A stretch of DNA of 64,000 nucleotides from a virus (Duplodnaviria; Caudoviricetes). The stretch lies in IMG/VR virus record IMGVR_UViG_3300028797_006177, positions 39,961 to 103,960 of that record. One strand, 5' to 3'. Below the pieces are notes generated by a model. The model did no database searches. It saw only the letters and a program-made list of their open reading frames with translations, and was not told the origin of the DNA. A program made the translations under genes and the position numbers. Below are positions 28,687 to 39,121 of the stretch, in pieces. How positions within the stretch are numbered: the stretch's first letter is position 1; each line of letters starts with the position of its first letter.

Positions 28687-29226
28687 TTAGTTCAACAGGT
28701 GTTTTACTTCTTCCCATGTTGCAACTTCCATCTCTCCCGTGTTGGGGTCGTAGTAACCAACGCCCAACGGCTCTATGGTAGCCTCTGTGCTGTCTGGTAT
28801 GATGAAGAACTCGAACGGCTCAACCTTTGGCGGCTGCATGTCGCCAAGTGCTATTTCTGCCCGACGTGCCCGCTTGATGCGGTCGATGTCCTGACGTTGC
28901 AGATCCTTGTTCTCGGCAAGAGCATGACGTACTGCAGCAAGCTCTTCTTCGCGGAAAAAGTCTTCCCATGCCTGCTGCGACTGCTGCCAGTAGATATACT
29001 GATAGATGTTATGGACGCTTTTCACCCATCCGTCTGCGCCGTTTGCCATAAGCAAGACGGTCATTGGCTGCGTGATGAATAATCGGTTGGTTTTGTTGTC
29101 GAAAGAAAGCTGTCCGCTCTGGAAGATTTTCTCCAGCAGTGCCCACGTCTGAAAAAGTTCACTTTGCTTCTTCAGTTCTTTCTTCTGTCTTCGGCGTTCC
29201 CGCCATAGTTTCAGAGGACTTTTCAT
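28687..29226 (-). CDS. Hypothetical protein
   Basis: Likely start ATG 29226. Confidence 0.65.
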   Translation of the reverse strand: MKSPLKLWRERRRQKKELKKQSELFQTWALLEKIFQSGQLSFDNKTNRLFITQPMTVLLMANGADGWVKSVHNIYQYIYWQQSQQAWEDFFREEELAAVRHALAENKDLQRQDIDRIKRARRAEIALGDMQPPKVEPFEFFIIPDSTEATIEPLGVGYYDPNTGEMEVATWEEVKHLLN

Positions 29227-29836
29227 TATAGTTCTTTTTGCGATTATTTTTCTTCTTTTTCGTCTGTTCTGTCTGTTGCGGTTCATTAACAATGGCATAG
29301 CGCCTTGCCTTGAAGTTCGCATTCCAGACATCTGTTATGGAGCGAACAGCAAGCCCCTCAGTGCGCCCAAACACACCGGCGTAGAGCGATAGTCCTGGTG
29401 TTACAGCGTCAACTATACGACCTTGTATGATGACGGTCCCTTCTGTCCCGCTGAATGCAAGCAGTCCGTCCGGCACACGGGCATCTGCAGCAAACTCCAC
29501 GCGCTCTTCAATCGTATCAACGCTGCATCCTATTCTCTCTGTTAGTAGTTTCAACTCATCGTTAGTGAGCGGTGCGGTTGTCAGCAGGCGCAGCGTCTTT
29601 ACCCATTCCAGACTCAGATAACGACCAACAACACGTATCATCTTTTCTGTGAACACCGGCACGGCGAGTGTCATCACCCGTGGCCGCTCGCTGCCGGCCA
29701 TCAGCATGACAGCTTTCATCCAATGCTCCAATGTCACGTCGCCGTTGGTTTGGAACACCACGGCGTGACCTCGCTCTTCCCTCAGCAGATACGGCAGTTG
29801 CCGCTCTGCACAACATGGTTCGATTATATTTGCCAT
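29159..29836 (-). CDS. Hypothetical protein
   Basis: Likely start ATG 29836; promoter at 29936-29943 (minus). Confidence 0.65.
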   Translation of the reverse strand: MANIIEPCCAERQLPYLLREERGHAVVFQTNGDVTLEHWMKAVMLMAGSERPRVMTLAVPVFTEKMIRVVGRYLSLEWVKTLRLLTTAPLTNDELKLLTERIGCSVDTIEERVEFAADARVPDGLLAFSGTEGTVIIQGRIVDAVTPGLSLYAGVFGRTEGLAVRSITDVWNANFKARRYAIVNEPQQTEQTKKKKNNRKKNYNEKSSETMAGTPKTEERTEEAK

Positions 29837-29970
29837 AGTTTCTTTTTTATTGAACATTAACCATTGCTCCGCCTGCGCCTGACCGTAGGGAAGAACATTG
29901 AACATTATATAATTCTTCGCTCTTCACTTTGATTGCAAAGGTAAGGCTTTGCAATCAACAGTTGCGGACA

Positions 29971-30873
29971 CTATCTTAACTTCATTTCTATCTCCTGTCC
30001 AACAGCTGCAGCGTAGGGCCGTATATCACCAACGGCTTCGTTGTCGTTGATGCAGAGAATACCTTGCGCTGAACGGATTGAGTCCCGCATTTCGCTGATG
30101 GTATTGAGCTTCGTTGAAACATAGTCGCGCTGCGGTGCGTGTTGAATATATTGACCCGATAGAATGTGCCACCACGAGTAGATGTATTGATTGAAGTTCT
30201 GCACAGTGCGAAACTTTGTCACACTACGCTCCATTTCCTTCGGCCAACGCTGCCAGAACATCTCGCAGGTTTTTCGGAGCATCGGAACCGTGCAGTGCCC
30301 CATGTGAAGCCATCCTGTAGAATAGTGCTTCCCGAACTCACGGCCAACAAAGTTCATCCCGTTCATACAGGCAATATGGAAGGCACTGTCTGGATTGAAT
30401 GCCTTTGTCGTTGTACGGAAACAAGGAAGTCCGTCTTGAAAGAAATCCTCTTCTCTGATGGGTGCCAATGGAAACATGTCGTCATTGCCGTATAGGAAGT
30501 AATCTGCCAGGCCCGGTATGCGATGCAGGTACATTTCAATCGCACGACTATTGAACGTAGGCAGTTTGTCTGCCGGCATGAAGTCGCGGTGGAAGACCAG
30601 CCGCAATCGCGGCCCTTCGTACTGAGATTTTGTCTCAGCAACCATCCACTCCTGCACCTGCGACGGCTTTGCCAACAGAATGACAATATCCCTTACCCAA
30701 GGCAAGAACTTCTGGATGCACTTAACGAGCAGAGGTTCCGTGCCCCATGTCCTGTACCGCACGTTTCCAAGTGCGGACTTGTCGTCTCTCCAATTCCCGT
30801 TTGCCGTAACATAGTCGTGTCGCCATTTTATGTCCTCTGGAAATACCATCGGAACCACATAGTCTATTTCCAT
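29971..30873 (-). CDS. Stealth-family hexose-1-phosphate transferase
   Basis: CR1 'IDYVVPMV', CR2 'PTFNSRAIEMYLHRIPGLADYFLYGNDDMF', CR3 'KFRTVQNFNQY', CR4 'LCINDN'. Confidence 0.9.
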   Translation of the reverse strand: MEIDYVVPMVFPEDIKWRHDYVTANGNWRDDKSALGNVRYRTWGTEPLLVKCIQKFLPWVRDIVILLAKPSQVQEWMVAETKSQYEGPRLRLVFHRDFMPADKLPTFNSRAIEMYLHRIPGLADYFLYGNDDMFPLAPIREEDFFQDGLPCFRTTTKAFNPDSAFHIACMNGMNFVGREFGKHYSTGWLHMGHCTVPMLRKTCEMFWQRWPKEMERSVTKFRTVQNFNQYIYSWWHILSGQYIQHAPQRDYVSTKLNTISEMRDSIRSAQGILCINDNEAVGDIRPYAAAVGQEIEMKLR

Positions 30874-30900
30874 ACTTTATGTTGATTGCCGTATAAGAAT

Positions 30901-30930
30901 CAACCCCGAAGCGGATATCTTCGGGGTTGA
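30901..30930 (-). terminator. Hairpin downstream of the tail tube gene
   Basis: CAACCCCGAAG...CTTCGGGGTTG inverted repeat. Confidence 0.55.
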
Positions 30931-30970
30931 AACCAACTATAAACTAAAACCCGTTCCCAAAACGAGATTC

Positions 30971-31531
30971 CTATTCGGAAGTTTCAGAGGATGCCAACAG
31001 GTCGTCCCACCCGCCAGATTGCGGAGCGGTAACGAACAAGTTGGGGTAGGCAACTGGACCGAGAATGAAGTTTACGGTCGAGATGCGGTCATCGCTGGCA
31101 GCAGCGCCCGTGTCGGTCGTTGCGCCGCCGGATTCGATGCGAACCTTCTTGTTGGGGTCGTACAGAATCTGAGCGTCGCCGCTGGGGTCTGGAAAAATCG
31201 CAAACCAGTCGAGGTTGTTCAGGGCGCGAAGGATCTTGCTGACCTTTGCATCCACCCCGTCAAACACCATCGTGCCTGTGATGTTGTAACCCTTTCGCTT
31301 GCCTTGGCTCTCGCCGGCAATCTTCTGGGCTTCCTCCTTCAGCTCGAACTTGAACAAGCCTTTTCCGTCCTTGAAGGTAGGAGTGGAATATACGTTGTCG
31401 GTAGCTGACAGCGGAGCCATTAAGTCAGCGCGAAGACCGATATAAACCACCTCGCCGAGACCTGCAAGGTTCTCCATGCACTCTTCTGCTGCGATGTAGT
31501 CCATCAAAGTAGGGCAATTTACTTGTGACAT
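30971..31531 (-). CDS. Putative major tail tube protein
   Basis: 186 aa after the capsid gene; 'ENLAGLG...GESQG...TTDTGAAASDDR' pattern. Confidence 0.65.
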   Translation of the reverse strand: MSQVNCPTLMDYIAAEECMENLAGLGEVVYIGLRADLMAPLSATDNVYSTPTFKDGKGLFKFELKEEAQKIAGESQGKRKGYNITGTMVFDGVDAKVSKILRALNNLDWFAIFPDPSGDAQILYDPNKKVRIESGGATTDTGAAASDDRISTVNFILGPVAYPNLFVTAPQSGGWDDLLASSETSE

Positions 31532-31640
31532 AATTGTATTCCTTTCTGTTAAGTTATTACTAAATCTGTTTATTAAAGGGGAGGGAGGTATGGACGGGCG
31601 ATATAGCGTTTGACCTCCCTAAGCCCCTTTCGTGGAGAAT

Positions 31641-32918
31641 TTAGTCACTCGAAGAGCTGCCTTCTGCCTCGAATATTGCGACTGCGCTCTCAGGCTGACC
31701 CTTCGTTACGACGTTAGCCGTAGAGGTGGTGGCGTTGCTTGCACCCTGCCAGCGGACGAACTTGTAGCCTAACTTCGGAGTGGCGGTAATGGTCAGGGTT
31801 GTGCCCTTAGCATACTCGCCATTGACAGCAGCGGGAGAAACAGATACGTCACCGTAGGCAGCATTGTTAGCCACTACCGTGAAGCTGTCCTTCTGGTAGT
31901 CGCCGCTCCAATACTTGTCCTCGATGGTGCCGCCGTTGGTCACGAAGTTGGCTGCGTTGATGCGCAGGATGCGAGTGCCGAACACGCCCTGGATCTGGAA
32001 CGTGATGGTCTTGTGGTCGCCGCCAGGAGTGGGGTCGCCGTGCATGATGCTGACGAAGCTCTGGTCGGCCTCGCTGTTTACGCCAAACTCCATGTTTCCA
32101 GGGATGGTAGCAATCATACGTGTGCCTTGACCGTAGTCGTCGCCGGGGCAGAACGTAACCTTCGGGTATTCGCGTACCTTGAAGTTGCCGTTTGCGTCGG
32201 GGATGAACTGAACGGCCTGGTGGCTACGATGCTTCTGCTCGTAGGCGTCTGCAATGTAGTTGCCGTAGGCGGTGCTCATATAGACGATAGTCTCGCGGCG
32301 CTTCAGTGCTGGATGCCACTTGTTGTACCACTTCACGAACTCGTCCCAAGCGGCGGAGTCGCCTTCTGAAACGGGAGCGTCGAGAGCGGCGCAGGGAATC
32401 AGGTTGCCTGCTGCTGCGGAAACATCGCCGTTGGCAATGTCCTTGTCGAGGTTGGCGTGCAGACCGTTGAAGAGAGCCATTTCGGGCTTCTCGCTGTTCT
32501 CGTCGCCGTGCCAGATGCAGGGATAAACATTGTCGTTGAAGGCAATGCCAATCTGGTTGACGAACTCTTCCGTCTTGGGGAACGAAGGCTTGGCAGAACC
32601 GTTGATGGTAATCTGCACTGGCTTCTCCTGGAAGTCGTCCTCATTGGCTGTGTAGTGATCCCAAACAATGTGGGCTTCGAGTACGCGCTCGGTCATGTAG
32701 CCGAGCGTCGAGTTCTGTGACTGACCGACCACCTTGCGGCGAGCGGTGCCACCCTTGCGGTTGAAGATGGTAGCGGTGTCCTTGAACTCCACACCAGTGA
32801 TGACCTTGATGGCCATGCGCTTCAACTCATCCTCGCTGTAATACGCAGGGCCGAGGATGATGTTACCCTGAAGGCGGTCCTTCACATGGGTAAGGTTTTC
32901 AATTCCAATAAATGCCAT
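31641..32918 (-). CDS. Major capsid protein with C-terminal Ig-like (InlB B-repeat/Flg_new-type) domain
   Basis: 425 aa directly after the protease; C-terminal 'YAKGTTLTITATPKLGYKFVRW'. Confidence 0.75.
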   Translation of the reverse strand: MAFIGIENLTHVKDRLQGNIILGPAYYSEDELKRMAIKVITGVEFKDTATIFNRKGGTARRKVVGQSQNSTLGYMTERVLEAHIVWDHYTANEDDFQEKPVQITINGSAKPSFPKTEEFVNQIGIAFNDNVYPCIWHGDENSEKPEMALFNGLHANLDKDIANGDVSAAAGNLIPCAALDAPVSEGDSAAWDEFVKWYNKWHPALKRRETIVYMSTAYGNYIADAYEQKHRSHQAVQFIPDANGNFKVREYPKVTFCPGDDYGQGTRMIATIPGNMEFGVNSEADQSFVSIMHGDPTPGGDHKTITFQIQGVFGTRILRINAANFVTNGGTIEDKYWSGDYQKDSFTVVANNAAYGDVSVSPAAVNGEYAKGTTLTITATPKLGYKFVRWQGASNATTSTANVVTKGQPESAVAIFEAEGSSSSD

Positions 32919-32987
32919 AGTCGTTAAAGAATTGTTGGTGAATAATTGAGTTAATTGAATCTTTGGGTTTCTTGTTTGGATGTCGGC

Positions 32988-34568
32988 TTACTTGTGAGCG
33001 GCTTCCCACTCCTTTTTAGCCTTCATGTTCTCTTCGTATCTCTTGGAGCTGTCGTAGGCATACTGAGTGCTGATGGCTACCTCAACTTCCTCTACGCCTG
33101 CGCCGTTGTTCGCGGGACTGCCTGCCTGAGCGCCTTCGCCCGGATCTTTGCTCAGTTCCTCAATCTGTGCGTTCAGGTCGCTGATTTGCTGGTCGCGCTC
33201 GGCGATAGTGCCGTTGGCGGTTTCCAGAGAAGTCTTAGCCTCGTCACGCTCGGCGGTCAGTGTCTCAATCTGAGCCTTCTGGCCTTCCGAGTCGTTCTGA
33301 AGCTGTGCCTTTTCCTGCTCCAGGGCAGCGATGGCGTTCTGCTTCTCTTCGATGGTAGCGTCCTTGGCTGCGATAGCCTCGGCATGTGCTGTGTTCAGAG
33401 CCTCGATAGCGGCTGTGTGCTCGCTGTTGGCTGTTTCGAGCTTCTGCTCCAACTCTGCCTTCTCGGATGTCAGTTGGTCTGCCAGAGCCTTAGCATCGGC
33501 AGCGCCCTTCTGATTCTCCTCGATGGCTGCGTTCAGGGTGGCAAGCAACTCTTCGTTCATGAAGGCACCGCCCTCCTGCATCTGCATCTCCTCCACCTGG
33601 AGGGCTGCAAACAGTGCTGGGAATTTTTCTTTCATGTTAATACTGTTGTTTAATTGGGTTGATAGGTTGTTTCCTTTTGTTCCGTTTGCGCTGGTCTTGC
33701 CTGCGCTCAGTTCGACGATGCGGTTCAAAGCTTCCTGCATGGTGGCCTGACCTTCAACGAGAATGCCCTCTACGTCCTTTACGTCAAACAGTTTGCCGTG
33801 AAGATGTTCGTCCTTGACATTTGGCCTGCGGCTCTTGATGAAGTTGCGGAATGCCTCTCCGTCGGCAATGAGTTCTTCCTTGATGAGCGTGTCGTCGTCG
33901 TTTTCTGCCAGTTCGCGGACGAAGCGATTCTTGTCGTAACTCTCTGGGTCATATACGATGTGCCACTTTCCGCCTGTCTCCGGGTCGATGTCGCCATCCT
34001 TATTCAAAATGTTAGCCCAATAGACGCCGACGCTACCGATTTGGTCGGTAGGGCTGTTGTAATAAACCTCGTCGCACATGGCAGACACCCAAATATGGGC
34101 GGAAGCACAAAGACCATCAATACGGCCTACGATTGGCTGCCCCTTTGAGCGGGCGTAGTCAGTGGCTTGCAGAAGGTCTGGGATTGTGTTTGATACACCA
34201 CCGGGGCCATTGATAAGAAGCAAGTGACCAAGACAGTTCTCCTTGTCTGCAGCCTCCATCATCATGTCGCGAAGTTCACGGGAACCGTAGGTGCAGGCAC
34301 CGCCCTCGCGGGTCAGTATGCCTTCGATGTAAAGAACATCAACAAAAGGCTGCTCGACATTCTTCCCTCCGGCGTTCTCTTCGCTATCAGCATCGTATGC
34401 TGCAAATGTACCGTCTGCCATGCTGTAGAAGCGAGCGCCATAGACTTTCTTGTCGTCTTTCAGAAGATGACCAGCCGCCATAGCGTTGAGCAGCCTCATA
34501 GCCTTCAAACCGAAGGTTGGCTCTATCAACCACTTGTTAGCGGTCATCATTTCCATTATTCCGTTCAT
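32988..34568 (-). CDS. S49-family prohead protease fused to a coiled-coil scaffold
   Basis: 'INGPGG', 'GLCASAHIWV' and 'IGSVGV'; long Ala/Glu coiled-coil C-terminus. Confidence 0.88.
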   Translation of the reverse strand: MNGIMEMMTANKWLIEPTFGLKAMRLLNAMAAGHLLKDDKKVYGARFYSMADGTFAAYDADSEENAGGKNVEQPFVDVLYIEGILTREGGACTYGSRELRDMMMEAADKENCLGHLLLINGPGGVSNTIPDLLQATDYARSKGQPIVGRIDGLCASAHIWVSAMCDEVYYNSPTDQIGSVGVYWANILNKDGDIDPETGGKWHIVYDPESYDKNRFVRELAENDDDTLIKEELIADGEAFRNFIKSRRPNVKDEHLHGKLFDVKDVEGILVEGQATMQEALNRIVELSAGKTSANGTKGNNLSTQLNNSINMKEKFPALFAALQVEEMQMQEGGAFMNEELLATLNAAIEENQKGAADAKALADQLTSEKAELEQKLETANSEHTAAIEALNTAHAEAIAAKDATIEEKQNAIAALEQEKAQLQNDSEGQKAQIETLTAERDEAKTSLETANGTIAERDQQISDLNAQIEELSKDPGEGAQAGSPANNGAGVEEVEVAISTQYAYDSSKRYEENMKAKKEWEAAHK

Positions 34569-34843
34569 AAATTTCTGTGCGTGTTAAATTTCCTGCTGCA
34601 AAATTCGGTCAAGACACGCGCAAGGCGGGGATAGAAAACGGCGGTTTTCGCCTCATTTCGGGCAAAATGGGGCTTTTGTTCGGCCTGTTGCGTTGCCAAC
34701 GCAACACCACAAAACAAAAAAAGCAGCGACCTTTTCAAGTCGCTGCCGAGTGAAACACACGAAGTACCGCCTCACACCCTCACGGGCTTCTGGCTGCAAA
34801 GTTGATTTGATTCTTTTACCCTATATAATAAATAATGTATGTT

Positions 34844-35368
34844 TCACGTTGTCTGTATGCGGATGATGCCGCTCATCGAGACGACTGTTGTCTTGATGCT
34901 CATCTTGGTGTTCTGCGCCGTTGTTTCTTCAACGGAAAACTGGCTGGTGTTCGGCACTTCATAGAGCAGATACCGCTCGCCGCCGTAGGTGGTGAGCACG
35001 ATGTGGAAGTCCGCTGTTTGCAGAGCCGCCTCCTTCGTCCTGATGGTGTCGAAGCCCGATTCTATGGGTATTTGCAGGGTGTGTGTAAACACTGTTCCCA
35101 TCAGTTCGCGCTTCCTTGTCGGTGTGTGGCTTGCGCCCTCCTGCATCTCGGCATCCGCCGTTGCGTCGCCCGCCATATTCAGGCTCAACAGCGATGCCGC
35201 TTTCAGCCTCGCGTCCGTCAGAGCGTCGTTGTTAGCCATCGTCACGCCGACCTCCGTCAGGTTGCGTTTGGCAAACGGCACGGCCACCTTCAGCGCCGCC
35301 ACCGGCATAAAGTCGATGCGGACTATCTCCTGCATCAGTAACTCCTGGCATTGTTCATTCTGTACCAT
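34844..35368 (-). CDS. Hypothetical phage protein
   Basis: Likely start ATG 35368. Confidence 0.6.
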   Translation of the reverse strand: MVQNEQCQELLMQEIVRIDFMPVAALKVAVPFAKRNLTEVGVTMANNDALTDARLKAASLLSLNMAGDATADAEMQEGASHTPTRKRELMGTVFTHTLQIPIESGFDTIRTKEAALQTADFHIVLTTYGGERYLLYEVPNTSQFSVEETTAQNTKMSIKTTVVSMSGIIRIQTT

Positions 35369-35475
35369 ATTTCCCAATTTTTTTAGTTTGATTACGTTTT
35401 GTTTTATGTAATTTTAGAGTTGGACAATAATTTTGCTGTTTTACCCTATTTTTTAACATGTCTTAACATGTACTT

Positions 35476-36270
35476 TTACATTTTTTTATTACGCATAAGG
35501 GCATTACCCTTTGTGCTCTCTATCAATTCGTCGATATTTTTTCCCCGATGTTCCTTCTCATTTTCGTAGAAGAAGAGCACATCCTCGTCGTCGATGTCGT
35601 CTGGCAGCATCTTGGCATCTTCCAGCCAGCGTTTCGCCATGCGTCGCATCGAGTCGCGGTCGGTGGCGTTGGTGCCGAGCGACATCTGATAGTGGTAGAA
35701 GAAGTGCTCGATGCACATCACCACGTCGCGCCCTGTTTTCGAGTCGAAGCGGATGCCGCGCTTCTCGCACACAAACAGCTCCTCGCATATCCAGTGGAGG
35801 AAGATGCGCAGGAACTCCCGCCTCAGTTGCCGCACCAGGGCGCAGGCTTCGTTGAACTTCAGAGTGAACGAGCCAGTAACCACCTTGTAGAAGCCGCCGA
35901 TGACCATTGTTCTCGGAGCCTGTATGCAGAGGTAGTCGAAGCCGTCCGTCTTCCTGTTGCGCTTCGTTCCGGTCAGGAAACAAATCTCGTCCATCGTGGG
36001 CCAGTCCGTCGGGTTGCGTTTCAGGATGACCTTGCCGCCCTGCGGAGCCTTGCCTTGCAGGATGTTCTTCCACATCCGCTCGGAGAAGCAACTGGTGTGC
36101 TCCATGTCCTTCTCGCTGACGAACAGCAGCCAGGAATCCATCATCGCATATTCCTGTTGGAACGGCGAGAATATCACCGGCTGGAACTCCGTCAGCGGCG
36201 GATCCGGTGCAATCCGCCCCCGATAGAACTGAGCAATATAGGTTGGAACACGTAAATATATGTTAGCCAT
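35476..36270 (-). CDS. Hypothetical phage protein (possible regulator)
   Basis: 264 aa with good codon usage; function unknown. Confidence 0.65.
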   Translation of the reverse strand: MANIYLRVPTYIAQFYRGRIAPDPPLTEFQPVIFSPFQQEYAMMDSWLLFVSEKDMEHTSCFSERMWKNILQGKAPQGGKVILKRNPTDWPTMDEICFLTGTKRNRKTDGFDYLCIQAPRTMVIGGFYKVVTGSFTLKFNEACALVRQLRREFLRIFLHWICEELFVCEKRGIRFDSKTGRDVVMCIEHFFYHYQMSLGTNATDRDSMRRMAKRWLEDAKMLPDDIDDEDVLFFYENEKEHRGKNIDELIESTKGNALMRNKKM

Positions 36271-36366
36271 TCTTTATAGTTTATAGTTTATGGTTTAGAG
36301 TTTAGAGACAGTTTTCGAGTTTAGAGTTCAACGAGTTTTTAACTTTCCACTATCAACTCTCAACTC

Positions 36367-37116
36367 TCAACTCTCCTCGCCTCTCTCCGCTTCCCTTGCT
36401 GCGGACTGCATCTCCGCGTACTCGCCGATGCTGATTTCCGTCATGCCCTCTGCATGGCACTGGTAGGCAGAGCAGAGGTAGATGCTCTGGCTGTACCTGA
36501 AGAATGTCGGCGTGACGGGTCTCACCACGTGCGGCTTGCCGTCGCTGCCCTTGCCGCCCGTCAGGTCGGCCCCGATGGTGTTCAGCACCGTCGTCGTCGT
36601 CACCACAGGCAGTTTCAGCCTCTCCTTCTCGATGCGGAAGCTCTCCTTGGCCGCCAGCGATAGTTTCTTGCGCTTGTTGGCAGACCTGGCCGCTTCGTCG
36701 TCGCGGTACAGCTCCGTGTAGAAGCACACCACCTGTCCGTTGGGCTTCCGCTTCGCCTCCTTCTTGTAGATGCGTGTCGCCGTGTCGTTGGGAATCTTCG
36801 TCTCGTCCTCGATTTCCTGCACCATCATCCGCATCTTCACGTCCGGCACCCACATCTCTATGCCGTCGGCATCCTTGCCGATGGAGCGCCACACATTCGG
36901 GCGAGGCGGCTTGCCGCTCTCGAACGACACACACGCCACCCCGCCGGCAAACGCCGAATCCACAGGGTAGTATTGCTGTGCGCCAGCCTTCGCCGCGAAC
37001 TTGTCAGCCGCCTTCTCCGCCTTGTCGCACAAATGCCACAGTTTCATAAACACCTTTCCAAGCTCCGACTTCATGTGGAACTTGTAGCAATAACGCTTTT
37101 CTTCTTTTTTATTCAT
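36367..37116 (-). CDS. Hypothetical phage protein
   Basis: 249 aa. Confidence 0.65.
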   Translation of the reverse strand: MNKKEEKRYCYKFHMKSELGKVFMKLWHLCDKAEKAADKFAAKAGAQQYYPVDSAFAGGVACVSFESGKPPRPNVWRSIGKDADGIEMWVPDVKMRMMVQEIEDETKIPNDTATRIYKKEAKRKPNGQVVCFYTELYRDDEAARSANKRKKLSLAAKESFRIEKERLKLPVVTTTTVLNTIGADLTGGKGSDGKPHVVRPVTPTFFRYSQSIYLCSAYQCHAEGMTEISIGEYAEMQSAAREAERGEES

Positions 37117-37149
37117 GTTGCTTATAGTTTATAGTTTCTTTATTTTTCG

Positions 37150-37512
37150 ACCACAGATTACACAGATTCAACGGATTTCTATCTCTAAGGAGTCGAGGAA
37201 CTACGGAGTTTTTCTTCTTTAACCACGAATTGCACGAATTTCACGAATTTTGGGGCAGACGGGAACGGATGGCTCCTTGCGCTGTGCTTTGGCACTGCGC
37301 CAATGCAGAGTGTGGCAGAAATCATCTGGAAAGCTCGCTCTCCGAGTGATTTCCGTCACACCCTGCATCCGCTGCAATAACGCCTATTGCAGCATAAGCC
37401 ATCTGTTCCGTTCCTACTCCTTTACTCCTATACTCCTTAGCCATATCCGTTCAATCCGTTTAATCCGTGGTTGTTATATATATATTCGTGTTAATTAGTG
37501 CAATCCGTGTTC
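37150..37512. repeat. Multi-arm hairpin element 1 within REP-like short repeats
   Basis: Core 37251-37410; flanks of CACGAAT, ACTCCTT and AATCCGT repeats. Confidence 0.75.
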
Positions 37513-38161
37513 AAAACATCATTCTGAGCCACGGCAGCCAGAACTTCTTCGTCCACCATAACAGCGCGAAGACCACCGCCCCGACGAGCATCCACCGCAT
37601 TGCGTCCCACAGCTTCTTGTACCACGGCCTGTTGTCGCCAGGCACCGGCGTCACCGTCACAGCCGTCGAGTCCTCCTGCTCGTGGTGAGCCTTCACCTCC
37701 TCGAACCGCTCCTGCCAAGCCGCGTCCAGCGAATCGACTGCCGTCAGCAGCCGCTGTTCATATTCCTGCTGCATCCGCTGCTCGCGCTGCTGTTGCTGGC
37801 GTGAGATGTCGCGCTCCGTGGTGCGCTGCTCCTGCTTGAAGACCCTGCCCAGGCTGTCCACCCACGTCGTGATGGTCTCCGTCACACGCTCCTTCTCCTG
37901 CTCCTGGATCTGCTGTTCCGTCTGTTGCGAAGAAATGATCGCCCGCAGGTCGCTCTCAAACTGTTCCCGCACCTCCTGCAGCCTGCTGTCCACCGCCGCC
38001 ACCACCGCCAGCGAGTCCGCCTCGCTACGATGGTGCTGCTGCTCTGCCACAGCCTTCGGCGCAGAGCACCCCATCAGCATCAGCCACACAACGCAAAAAA
38101 TAAACGCTGCCACGAACACCTTCAACAGCCACTCGGCAAGCTTTTCCAAATCAACTTTCAT
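37511..38161 (-). CDS. Lipoprotein with C-terminal TM; putative spanin/Rz-like lysis protein
   Basis: 'LMLMGC' lipobox-like motif, coiled coil, C-terminal 'PWYKKLW' followed by a TM helix. Confidence 0.55.
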   Translation of the reverse strand: MKVDLEKLAEWLLKVFVAAFIFCVVWLMLMGCSAPKAVAEQQHHRSEADSLAVVAAVDSRLQEVREQFESDLRAIISSQQTEQQIQEQEKERVTETITTWVDSLGRVFKQEQRTTERDISRQQQQREQRMQQEYEQRLLTAVDSLDAAWQERFEEVKAHHEQEDSTAVTVTPVPGDNRPWYKKLWDAMRWMLVGAVVFALLWWTKKFWLPWLRMMF

Positions 38162-38199
38162 AATTTACAATTTTACAATTTGACGAATTGAGTTTCTTT

Positions 38200-38475
38200 C
38201 CGACCACAGATTTAACGGATTGATTGCCGCGCTGGAAGAAAAATGTTCTCTGCGTACAGGAGTGTACGCTATGGCGAGATTGCATCATATCACTCCGAAA
38301 GCCAGCTTTCAGGATGATATTGTGAAATCCCGCCTTGCCAGTGGCGAAGCCGCTGCCCGAACATTTTTCTGCCTGCCCCATATTCGTGTAAATTAGTGCA
38401 ATTCGTGTTCAAAAAACTCCTTTACTCCTTGACTCCTTAGACATAATCCGTCAAATCCGTTCAATCCGTGGTTTG
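38200..38475. repeat. Multi-arm hairpin element 2 within REP-like short repeats
   Basis: Core 38229-38380; closing stem AGAAAAATGTTC/GAACATTTTTCT. Confidence 0.75.
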
Positions 38476-38676
38476 AGAAATAGTGTTGCAAAAATAATAA
38501 AGAATTTTCATTTATAGCAACAAAACTTGCTATAATAATAATAAAAGTTGCTAAAATGACAAGAAATAGCAAGAAATAGCAAGTCCGCACTCTTTGCAGC
38601 AATTTTATTACCTTTGCACAACCCAAAAATAACAACCCAATAGCAACATAATAGCAACTTAATAGCAACTTTCGAT

Positions 38677-38937
38677 ATGACAACTCTTGAACAGCAGAAG
38701 ATGATGCTCGACATAGACGGCATCTTCACCCACCACGAAGCCACCCCAACCGACCTCCTCACCGCAGCCCAGGCCATCGCCGTCAGCGCCATCGGCGACC
38801 TCGTGAACAAAGACCTCAAGAAGGCAGCCTCTCCGTCCGGCAACGACGCGCTGCACCGCCTCGCCGACGGCATTGCCGACCAAATCCGCACCGCCATGCA
38901 CATGCGTGTCAACGCAGGCTGGCACAAAGACTGGTGA
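38677..38937 (+). CDS. Hypothetical protein
   Basis: 86 aa after a TACCTTTG promoter (38609). Confidence 0.65.
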   Translation: MTTLEQQKMMLDIDGIFTHHEATPTDLLTAAQAIAVSAIGDLVNKDLKKAASPSGNDALHRLADGIADQIRTAMHMRVNAGWHKDW

Positions 38938-39121
38938 AAAATCCTTTACAACGCCATTTTAGCCAGTTTTCAAACGTCAGCAAACAATTCGCCGATTGTT
39001 TGTACCCGATTTCAAGATTGTTTGTACCCGATGCAGGAACTGGCTGCCGGAGATACACCCCAAAAAGGCAACGCGACGCCTCGGAAGTTCGCAAAATTAT
39101 TTACAAAAACCATTTTATTCT

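Noticed and set aside
37251-38380. tRNA genes (cloverleaf-like folds)
   Set aside because: About 150 nt long, with no T-loop GTTCRA/D-loop consensus or CCA acceptor arrangement
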